Origin: an uncultured Bacilli bacterium
GTDB taxonomy: Bacteria > Bacillota_I > Bacilli_A > RF39 > UBA660
Direction of reading: 5' to 3'
Assembly (NCBI GenBank): GCA_947629655.1
Contig: CANREL010000005.1
Location: 24,790-88,789 of the forward strand
DNA length: 64,000 bases
Part shown: positions 39,841 to 49,900 of the stretch, one piece after another
Layout: every line of letters starts with the position of its first letter
Numbering within the stretch: position 1 is the stretch's first letter
Notes under the pieces: model-generated
Told to the model about the DNA's origin: nothing
The model's database searches: none
Seen by the model: the letters and a program-made list of their open reading frames with translations, nothing else
Translations under genes and position numbers: made by a program

Positions 39841-40911
39841 TTACATCATATTTAATTCACTAGAAAAAGTCTCTTTTCCCTTAATTACATAGTTTTCAAC
39901 TAATTGGGCATCTTCTTTCTTTACTCCTTCTATAATTACATATTTAAATATATCAAAACTCTCTATTTCCGCAAGACGTTTTTCAATGACGATAACTCTT
40001 GAAAGATTGACAGAAAGTGCAAAACGATAAGCTTGTAAATTCTTGAATAGTGATTTATGTGTTTTATAATCGTTATAATTTATGATAAAAACGATATTAT
40101 TTCTAACTCTAGGATTATTAAAAGATTTAACTAAGTCTTCTAAATCCTCTCTTTTTTCGATATCGGTTAGAGGTAAATCAATGAAATAATCATTTATTTC
40201 TTTACCATTCAACATGCGATTCAATAAGTCAACACCGACTAGATTAATTGTCGCTTTCGTTTTATCTAAACTTATTTTTTCACTATTATAGTTTTTACTC
40301 AAAACACTTTTACTGTAGTTTTTTTCCAATTGTTCAATATAATAATCGAGTATGACCTTATACTTAGTACTACTATTTTTATAACTGTAATAATTGACTT
40401 CAAATGTATCATTCTTAGTACCACTGAAGAACTTGCGTTCTTTTAAAGTACTATCTTTAACCAAAGCACTCATCGCATCTAATTTTTCTTCATCATTAGT
40501 CATTACTTTTTTATTTTCGACTAAATTTTCGCGTAAACTCTCTTTGAATTCGACAAGTCTAGTACAGTAAGGGAAACTGCTCAAATCTAATATTATCGAA
40601 ATGAAGGTATATTGATAACATCTATTTATCAAAGTCTCTTTAGCTTTTTCATCTTCACTACCTTTTGTTTCTGCTAACAACTCAAGTCGTTTACCCTTTA
40701 GCTCTTTAATCATTATTTTGTCATCAAATTTAGTTATGACTTTGTCATAGTAAGTATCAAGAATGTGGTAATAGCGCGTATTGATATAAGTTTGAATAAA
40801 TTCATTTAAATATTCTTCAGCATCACTTTTATCTTTTTCATCGATAAAAACTAAAGCATAATTAACTAAATTGCGTTTTTTAAAATCAAAATACTTACTA
40901 ATTATATTCAT
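39841..40911 (-). CDS. hypothetical cytoplasmic protein
   Basis: 356 aa, K/N/E-rich, with no signal peptide. It sits 9 nt upstream of the McrB-like gene. No family recognised. Confidence 0.45.
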   Translation of the reverse strand: MNIISKYFDFKKRNLVNYALVFIDEKDKSDAEEYLNEFIQTYINTRYYHILDTYYDKVITKFDDKIMIKELKGKRLELLAETKGSEDEKAKETLINRCYQYTFISIILDLSSFPYCTRLVEFKESLRENLVENKKVMTNDEEKLDAMSALVKDSTLKERKFFSGTKNDTFEVNYYSYKNSSTKYKVILDYYIEQLEKNYSKSVLSKNYNSEKISLDKTKATINLVGVDLLNRMLNGKEINDYFIDLPLTDIEKREDLEDLVKSFNNPRVRNNIVFIINYNDYKTHKSLFKNLQAYRFALSVNLSRVIVIEKRLAEIESFDIFKYVIIEGVKKEDAQLVENYVIKGKETFSSELNMM

Positions 40912-41001
40912 ACTATCACCAGTCTACTCTAACATAAATTATAACATAGTTAATATTAATAATTCAATTGTTATATAAAAGAAAAAGATGTTTTAAACAT
41001 C

Positions 41002-41967
41002 TCAATTTTCTAGGTCTTCAACCGAAGTGACAAATACTTTTATACTTGAATCAGTCGTACCCGGATAAGAATAGTCTTTACTACTATCATTTTTGTAAAA
41101 AATTATTTTCGTGTTGGAACTTGCTTCCATGTCAAAACTGAAACCATTGACGTAATTGTGGCCATTTATAACTTCCGTGGTTTGCGAATCTTTTTCCCTA
41201 TTGATATAAGTCTGCTCTGTCATGTCTAGAAGAATGATATTCGGGTCAAAAGTCAAATCGACAGATGCTGAGAAACAGTTCTTTTTTTCTTCATCAGACA
41301 ACTTTTCATAATCATCGATAGCTATATTATCACCGACATTATGTCCATCAAAAGCGGTCACTACTTTGTAATAAGTAAAAGCATTGGTTAGTTCTAAGGT
41401 CAAATATTTTTCACCAGGAGCATCTTTAATTGAATAATAGAAACTAGACGTCGTAATTCCAATATTGTATTCGGTTGATAATTCTTTTACGTAGGGATAA
41501 GTAGATTTGGCACTAGTCTTTACTATTGCTGTCTGATTTCGCGTAAAGTTACCATTGGGATAAATCGTTATGACATAACTATCTGATTGGGTCTCACTAC
41601 GAATGATACCACTAGTTTTACTAAGGGTACATCTAATATTTGAAGAACACTCAACACCAATGTCGTAAGATATATCAGATTTAGTGTAGACTAAATCATT
41701 TTTCCTATTATTGACATCAATACTGATACGATAAGGTGAAACACCATCCCAGTTATTGATACTGTGATTAGAACCAGTCATCGACATTACCGAAGAATTA
41801 AAATAGAAACCTTGGCTCTCTAAAATATGATTTTTATAGATGTCATAAATATATTTACTAAAAGTAATGCCAACTGTGAAGACAACGATTAAAACAGCTA
41901 TTAATATAGTTAATAACTTCTGTTTTTTAGACAATTTAAATTTAAACTTCAATCTCTTCTTTGTCAT
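41002..41967 (-). CDS. secreted/membrane-anchored protein with SipW-cognate-like signal (TasA-like candidate)
   Basis: 321 aa. N-terminal basic region plus TM, followed by ...TFSKYIYD.... Ser/Thr/Asn-rich beta-type composition. Confidence 0.45.
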   Translation of the reverse strand: MTKKRLKFKFKLSKKQKLLTILIAVLIVVFTVGITFSKYIYDIYKNHILESQGFYFNSSVMSMTGSNHSINNWDGVSPYRISIDVNNRKNDLVYTKSDISYDIGVECSSNIRCTLSKTSGIIRSETQSDSYVITIYPNGNFTRNQTAIVKTSAKSTYPYVKELSTEYNIGITTSSFYYSIKDAPGEKYLTLELTNAFTYYKVVTAFDGHNVGDNIAIDDYEKLSDEEKKNCFSASVDLTFDPNIILLDMTEQTYINREKDSQTTEVINGHNYVNGFSFDMEASSNTKIIFYKNDSSKDYSYPGTTDSSIKVFVTSVEDLEN

Positions 41968-41975
41968 AGTTCTCC

Positions 41976-42602
41976 TTAAACAATTTGTTCTGAATCAATT
42001 ATTACTTCAATATTTTCAATGGCGTCACTATATTCGATGACGTCTTTATAGACTGTCGGAAAATCAATTACTAAATAATAGATATTAGTAGTTCGCTCAG
42101 TGTAAGAAAATTCATAAGTAGTTCCAACTGTCAATAAGTTATACCAACTACTATCTTCATCTTGTAAGAGATCACGGCGCGTGATGATATCTTTTTCATC
42201 CAAGTTATATTCTTTATAATACAAACGATATTCCAAAGGCATATTAGTCGTCGTTTGAATCTTTAAATTATATTTCAAATCGACGTCTGATTTTCGTTCT
42301 TCATTAAAATTAGAAACACTGAAAGTATATATATATGGTTCGTCTTTCGGAATTATTTGATCGATATCGATATTGAAAGACATTTCACCTTCATCGAGAA
42401 CGAACATAGCGGTTTGAATATCTAGTGATAGATTAGCTTTTGAATAATATGAAGAAAATGATTTTATGAGAGAGAATATTCCAAAGGATAAGATAGAGAT
42501 AAAAACGATAGAAAAGATAATGAATCTAATCTTATACTTGTTTTTCTTATTTCGTTTAAATTCTCTAATATTATGAAGGAATATATTTATAATTCTTTTC
42601 AT
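41976..42602 (-). CDS. secreted protein with SipW-cognate-like signal (TasA-like candidate)
   Basis: Start placed at MKRIINIF (GGTGA RBS). Signal anchor followed by ...SFSSYYSKAN.... Confidence 0.45.
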   Translation of the reverse strand: MKRIINIFLHNIREFKRNKKNKYKIRFIIFSIVFISILSFGIFSLIKSFSSYYSKANLSLDIQTAMFVLDEGEMSFNIDIDQIIPKDEPYIYTFSVSNFNEERKSDVDLKYNLKIQTTTNMPLEYRLYYKEYNLDEKDIITRRDLLQDEDSSWYNLLTVGTTYEFSYTERTTNIYYLVIDFPTVYKDVIEYSDAIENIEVIIDSEQIV

Positions 42603-42618
42603 AAAATCACCTTTCTCT

Positions 42619-43194
42619 TTATTCTCCTCGATATTGTTCAGCCTCAAATTCAAGATTTAAATAGTTTGGTTCAGCTCCATTAGAACCGATTTGAGAATCA
42701 GCTTCATCGCTATTCTCATCATTGACCCATTCGACATTTATTACTAATACTTGGGTATCTTTCATCTCATCAAGAGTTATTATTCCAGAATAGGAATTAA
42801 TTGAATCTTTTTGTAATTCATCATTTTCAAGATATATTGATGTCACAGTCAAAATACAATTGGGATCCATCGTATGATCAGTATAAGTTATGTGATATTT
42901 GATGGCGACTTCAGTTCCAGTAGGATCGATATTAATGCGAACTGTTCCTTTACTACCAGGGGCTACTTTATCATTGTCAGTGTGTTCACTATCCCAAACA
43001 ATATTACTAAGATTGATATCACGAGTAGCGGTCGCAATGTTTTGATCATCGATTAAAATTTTCCAATCAGCTATATCGACAGTCACATCATCATCAACTT
43101 CAGATTCGTAAGCTGTATAAGTCTTATTACTAAAGAGATACAACGAAAAAAGAGAAATTATAACTAGAACAATTAAAATATTTTTCTTCATCAT
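42619..43194 (-). CDS. secreted protein with SipW-cognate-like signal (TasA/camelysin-like candidate)
   Basis: 191 aa. MMKKNILIVLVIISLFSLYLFS then NKTYTAYESEVDDD (compare the SipW-cognate motif ...AYFSD). Confidence 0.5.
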   Translation of the reverse strand: MMKKNILIVLVIISLFSLYLFSNKTYTAYESEVDDDVTVDIADWKILIDDQNIATATRDINLSNIVWDSEHTDNDKVAPGSKGTVRINIDPTGTEVAIKYHITYTDHTMDPNCILTVTSIYLENDELQKDSINSYSGIITLDEMKDTQVLVINVEWVNDENSDEADSQIGSNGAEPNYLNLEFEAEQYRGE

Positions 43195-43270
43195 ATCACT
43201 CCTATCTATACTTATTCATCATAATTATAACAATTTTTTCCAAATAAAAAAAGTCATGAATGCATGACTT

Positions 43271-43798
43271 TTAATCTTTATCATATTTTAATATCATTAT
43301 TAGATTATAAACTTGATAAATGAATAGAACTAAAATAGGTAATATTACAAAAATTAGGAATCCAACAGTTGATGTTAAGAAAGATATAATTTTACCATAT
43401 TTAGGATATGAAGCTTTGTAAACACCTAATACTCTATCACTAGATATAGATACTCTTTCATTACCTTCAAATGTATATAGAGCTGTTCTATTATCACCAG
43501 TCTTAGTCTTAACTATACCCATTCTGACGATGTATTCTTCATTTAAAGTATCGTAATAGTACAATTCATCACCTATGTTTACATCAGTGTATAAAACATC
43601 TTTTATTATTACTAAATCACCTGGATCATAATGAGTCAATTCCGTTATATTTTTATCATCAATGATTATTAAAGTATTACTACCGAACTCAGTATATCCG
43701 AATTGATTGCGTAAGAAAACAATACTTACCATGAACATAGCAAATACTATTATCAATATTTCGACAATCCCTAAAATAAACTTTAACAGGCTCTTCAT
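43271..43798 (-). CDS. SipW-like signal-peptidase paralog lacking catalytic residues (pseudo-peptidase)
   Basis: Same architecture as SipW (N-terminal TM, beta core, C-terminal TM). The Ser motif is replaced (EFGSNTLII instead of GSMEP) and the conserved His is replaced (IVRMGIV instead of ITHRII). Confidence 0.45.
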   Translation of the reverse strand: MKSLLKFILGIVEILIIVFAMFMVSIVFLRNQFGYTEFGSNTLIIIDDKNITELTHYDPGDLVIIKDVLYTDVNIGDELYYYDTLNEEYIVRMGIVKTKTGDNRTALYTFEGNERVSISSDRVLGVYKASYPKYGKIISFLTSTVGFLIFVILPILVLFIYQVYNLIMILKYDKD

Positions 43799-43887
43799 AC
43801 TATCACCACATCTAGTATATCATCATATTTTTGTAAATTCAATAACCAACAAGAGATTATAAGCATTTTTCTTGACAGTTAAGTAAT

Positions 43888-43918
43888 AAAAATATCCACA
43901 AAACTGTGGATATTTTTT
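43888..43918 (-). terminator. terminator after the giant surface-protein gene
   Basis: Hairpin ATATCCACA-AAAC-TGTGGATAT with T-runs on both strands. Confidence 0.55.
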
Positions 43919-46900
43919 AAACATTTTTCCTAATGATGATGTATTCATAATCTTCTTCAATTATTTGGTTACCATCATACAACTTGAATAGAACCCGATA
44001 TGTTCCACTCTTTAAATCATCGCGAAGATTATAATTCAAAGTAATTGTAGCAGTTGGAGTAGTCGTTACCATATGTTCATTCTCCGTCTGTTTAGTAAAC
44101 GTTCCTTCTGGGAAAGAGAAAGTATCAGTAAATATCTCATTAGGACTTATTTCAACATATTCATTAGTGTTATGTGTTTGTGTATCACGTCTATAAACAC
44201 TTAAACGAATATTAGGGTTTTGTAAAACAGATTGATATTTAAGAGTAAACTTTTCAACTTTGGCATCATCCATGTTGAGACCAGTTTCACCAATTACTAA
44301 TTTAGAATTATCTTCAGTGCTGGAAACGATTAAATTATTATTTCCGACGACGACGATTTCTTTTTCAATGATTGTCGGTTGTTTGGTACTACTGTTGTGA
44401 AGACCATCATTAGATGCAAATAGAGCGATGCGCATCGTATAACGACCTGTTGGCAACTGTGGACCAGTCATCATAGTGATGTTTTTCGTCAAGTTGGCAA
44501 CTTTATCAGTCAATTTGATACGGAAGATACCTTCACTATCGACATAGTAAACGACGTCATCAATGACAATGGTCGTACTACCAAGTTGAGATGAAGATAC
44601 TTGATCACCAGATGCGTTGAACAATGTCACATTAATACCCATACTACTACTCTCATAATTGGTATCGACAATAGATTGAAGGGAACCAGTCAATTCATAA
44701 CCGACAGAAGTGTGATAATTGATAGTCTTAGGGGTGTCATAATAAAGATATTGAGTATCCATATCAGCTTCTTCAGTTAAAGCAACGTTACTTGACTGAT
44801 ACAAATTGTACTTCATCAATTCTTGACGAATACCTAAAACACTAGTGATACAGAAGTCTTCATCGTTGTGTAGTTCAAACAAAATGGTGTTATCGAGTTG
44901 TTCTCCTTGAATGTCAGTATCTTCAAAGTCAAAGATGAAGATGAATTCCTCCATGACATAGTTAGTGTCAGCGTGATAATACAAATTATTACTTTCGATA
45001 TCATTATAAGTATTATCTTTATCGATTGAATCCATGCGAATGAAGTTCGACAAGCGATAACTTACTTGACCATCTTCGTAAGAAGCAAGAGAAGTTTGAT
45101 ATGACTCTTCATCGACAATATAGTAGTAATATGCAGGATTTTGTTCATTTGCTCCATAGTCGATCATCGTTATTTTAGTACCAACTGGGAAAACATAGCT
45201 AGATACTAAAGCATGGTGATAATCGTTTAGTGAACCATAAGCATCTTTAATTCTAGTCTGACTTTCAAAAAGAGAGAAATACGCTGTGAACTGACTCTTA
45301 TTAGTGATGTTGACATCGACTGCCGATGGCATTTCATATTTTTTACCAAAAGTTATACTTCCGTCATAAGCGTCTTTATCATCATATTCTTTAGAATCAA
45401 TCGTTATCGTTATCGTAACTAGTTCAACTTTATGTTCAATCTCATTGATTGGCGTCAAGGCTTGAAGAGTTACGACGACAGTTCCAAGTTTTTGATTACC
45501 CGTTATGTTCTTAGCATGATACAAATAGAACATCAATGATGGAGCGACAGTCTGGTTATCAGTTTCATAGACGACATCACCTAAATAACGATTACCATTT
45601 TCATCTTTAGTGTATCTCGTCGTAGCGTGACTCGTCCACTCAATCGTCTCTGCCTTCATTGAAAGACCGAGAATTTTAGATGCTTCTTCTTCCGTTGGAG
45701 CTAGTTTTGGAACTTCGGTAGAATCTTTTAAAGACACTCCTTCAGCTAATCCATTACCATTGAATCCGATGACATTGAAGATTGTATTACCTTCGGTGAA
45801 ATCGGTCATTGATAATTCGTAAGTACCAAGAGATGAATACTTAGACGCTGTCAAAGAGAATGAATAATTGATTGATGAAGTACCAATAGTCCATCTGTAG
45901 AAGTTAGAATCTGGTGGAGTTGGTTCAACGTAGTCAACTGTCAAAGCATCATAAGAATCATTTATGTAGTTGGTGTAATAACCATCTTCTTCAATATTGT
46001 GATCCAGTTTGTGCAAACCTAAGACGTATGAACCACCCGTTATCAAGTCATCAGCACTGACACTAGATTGTGCTGTTTTATCATAATCATACATTCCATA
46101 GACAATAGTACCATAGTTTTGATACATTCCTAGGAAGGTCATACCGGAAACAATTCCGTAGTCGGTAGCTTTTTCGTTCTTCGTAACATTTAAATTTTTA
46201 CCAGCAAGCATGTATAAGCGATTATCAACGTTACGGACAACAGTACCACTTTCTTTATCAATTGTAACAGTAGCTTTTACTTCTTCACCATTTACTTCAG
46301 CAATGCTATCAAACTCTTCAAGCATATTAGCATTTTGTTGTAATAAAAGTGTAGCGTTATTTTTCAATTTCAATTTTTTAATACGATTTAATGAATAAAG
46401 GATTGTTGAATACTCGTTAGTTCTATCGGTCGTACCGACTAATTCCAAAGTTGAATTATCAAGAGTTACAGAGTCCGCTCTTTGAATTGAAATAGCTGAG
46501 TTTGGTTCATTACGAGTACCAAGACTCTTAATGATGATATTAGATGGACCAGAAGATGATGAAGCATTACCAGAACCGAAGATACTTCCGTGAATCTTAA
46601 ATTTCAAAGCATTGGAACCATATCCTGTTCCGTTTATGACGATATCAATACCATCGGTAACACTTATGGCTTCGAAGTCATATATTTCTGATCCAGCTTC
46701 GTTAGCTTCTCCTCCACCGAAAACAGTACCAGCGATGTTGATGTCACCACCATCATTCAATTCGATATCACTGATGGCATTGAAACCGATATTTACTTGG
46801 GTCTTACCATTGACAACGGATGTATTACATCCTCCGTAAACATTCTTTCCGACAACAGCACCAGCGACATTCACAGTAGCAAGACTACTACCTCCAGTCT

Positions 46901-49900
46901 CTCCGATTGGTCCGTGGTTACCACCACCAAAGATACTTTCATTAACAGTGGTTTCACCAAGAACAAAAACGGTTGTATTACCTAGTAATCCAGCTTGATT
47001 ACCACCACCATAAATAGATTTATTTACTGTAGAATTTTTTACTGAAATGATGGCATTACCAGTCGTTTCAGCACGATTTCCACCACCGAAAACATTTTCA
47101 TAAGTTCCTTTTTCTAAATCGATAGTTGGATCACTTGTCGTTCCACCGAGGTTATTACCACCATAGACGTCACCAATTGTTAGTTCTTTAGTGCTGTCTA
47201 CCGTTTTTATATTAGAGGTACTAACATCACCATCTTGATTAGAACCACCGAAAACAGTCGTTATCGTTCCACCATCAAGATTTATATTTGAAGTAGTAAC
47301 ACCAACTTTGTTACCACCACCATACATATTAGTAACAGTACCATCATTCATCGTTATATTTGTGGTTGAAGTTAGTCCAGCGATGTTATTTCCACCGAAG
47401 ACATTAGTCGTCGTACTACCATTTATAATGATTGAAGATGTGGCGATGTTTCCACCAGCATTACTTCCACCATATAGATTAGTTACAGTTGTACCATTTT
47501 GAACTACATGTGTACCATCAGTGACATCGGCATTTTCTCCACCACCGAAGACGTCAGGAACAGTCGTACCATTGAGAGTGACATTAGTTGTTTGCGTTTT
47601 CGCTAATCTTCCACCACCATAGACAGCTGTCTTTATCGTTCCATCTTCAATGGTGACATTACTAGTAACCGTATTTCCAGCGACGTTATTTCCACCATAA
47701 ATAGTTTCAACAACACCACTCTTAGCAATGACATTGGATTCAGTTACAGTACCACTCGAATTACTTCCACCGAAAATACTCGTGACGGTACTTCCTTGAA
47801 GGTTGACGTGATTTGTCTTAACGCTAGCGTTATTTCCACCACCGAAAACACGACCGATGATACCATCATTTAAATTGACTGTAACTTCACCATTTGGCGT
47901 TCCAGCTGCATCATTTCCACCGAAGACATCCGTTATATTTCCACCATTGATATTGACCGTTATGTCACCAAGAACATATGGCGTATATGTTCCGTTACCA
48001 CGGCCACCACCAAAGACAGAATTTTTTATAATACCTTTATTGATGTTGACAGTCGTACCGTTTTTAGACACCGCTGTCGAATGCGAAAGACCATTGACTG
48101 TTCCAAATGCACTTCCACCATAGACAGATCCATTGATTGTCGGTGTCGTCGTATAACTTTCATCACCAACATTGATTTCGACTGTATCTCTTACAAAAGT
48201 TCCACCTGAACTTCCAGTCGTTCCACCATATCCACCACCATAGATATCATTATTGACAACACCACCATAATGGTTGATTACGACGTCACCATGAATGGAA
48301 CCTTCTTCATTACTTCCACCATATATTGATCCAACCGTACCATCATAGACATTTATAGTAATAGTTGCATCTTTATTATCATCACCAGAGCCATTACGGT
48401 TTCCTCCACCAAAGATACTTCCGTGAATATTTCCGTTTAAAACGTTTATCTTGGTCTCAGATGAAGGTAATGACGAACTGATACCAACGGCACCATAGTT
48501 ACCACCACCATAGACATTGCGCAAAATGTTAGCTTCACCATCGATGATGATGTAAGAGTTGTTAGCTGTTCCGATGGTGTCAGTACCTGCTTTACCATTA
48601 CCGATTCCAAAGACACTACCAGCTTCAAAACCGAATAGAGTCGAATTATTATCGACATATTGTTGATTACCAATTGTAGCGTTACCACCGATATATATGT
48701 ATGGTGAACCGGTCAAAACACCTTCTGTTCCACTACCAGTAATACCATTACTTCCACCAAAAACACTATAATTAATCGTTCCATCAGTAACTTGAATGAC
48801 GCGATTACCATAGGTTTCTGATCGACCAGCACCACCGATGATGGCATCAATTGAACCACCTTTAATGTAGAACAAATCGTCGTTATAATTAGCACTGCTC
48901 GATTGAGAAAGAGGGCCACCGATTAAGTTATATATCCATCCACCCTCAACTGTTATTTGACGAGTAGCATAAATTCCACCATAGGCACGACCACCGACAT
49001 AAATACCGTAAGTATAGCTGTTAGTATTAGAATTTGTGTAGTCAGTTGGACGATGGGAACCAAATTTACCACTCTTAACTTTCTGTTTAATAGGTGTATC
49101 CGTCGTCGAAGTACCACGAACATTGCATCCCCAAGAACCAGATGCTGTATAGTAAACATCTAAATTGTTATCATTATTAGCAACGCGGTCATAGTCATTA
49201 CCATAAATAGATTCAGCATGAACATAGACGTTGTAAGTACTAGTCGTCGCACCACAGACTAAGGAAGTCGTGTTATAGTATCCTGATTCAACAATCAAAC
49301 GATATGGCGTTGGCGAAGAAGATGATCCAACATTTTGGTTTCCACCACCAATTACAGAAGCGAAATTAGACTGATTAGTCGCTGAAGCTTTAATACCACG
49401 ACCTATTTTGACATTGTTGTAATAACCGTATAAATTTTTACTACTAACACCACTAGTAGCATTGGCTTCAGTACGACTTTGAGCTGAATAAATAGTAATG
49501 TTTTCAATACCCAAATCATCACCAGCACGAATGTAGGCATTGGACAAAGTCCATGTCGGATTGTACTCTCTTCCATCATAAGAAGATGTCACCGTCAATG
49601 GTTTAGTCTGACTGCTTCCCCAAGCTCCAGTCAAAGCACTACGAACGACGATCAAGTTAGTATCACGCGTAACTAAGTAATAGTATTCTTCATCGATATC
49701 GAAATTACTTGTTGAACCATTATCATCATAATATTGAATTAAATCATAATATGTACATGAAGTAGAACCACAAGTTCCACTAGTGTGTAAAACACCAGTT
49801 TCATCATAATAACCAGCTAAACTTTGACCACGTGATAAGTTGACTTTTTTATAGAAAGTACTCATATTGTCACGTTCATCATAAAGAGGATATTTAACTT

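Noticed and set aside
46200-49200. Possible CRISPR-like or other non-coding tandem repeat array
   Set aside because: The periodicity is in-frame within a 7.8-kb continuous ORF and encodes GGxN beta-helix repeats. There are no spacer/repeat structure and no cas genes.
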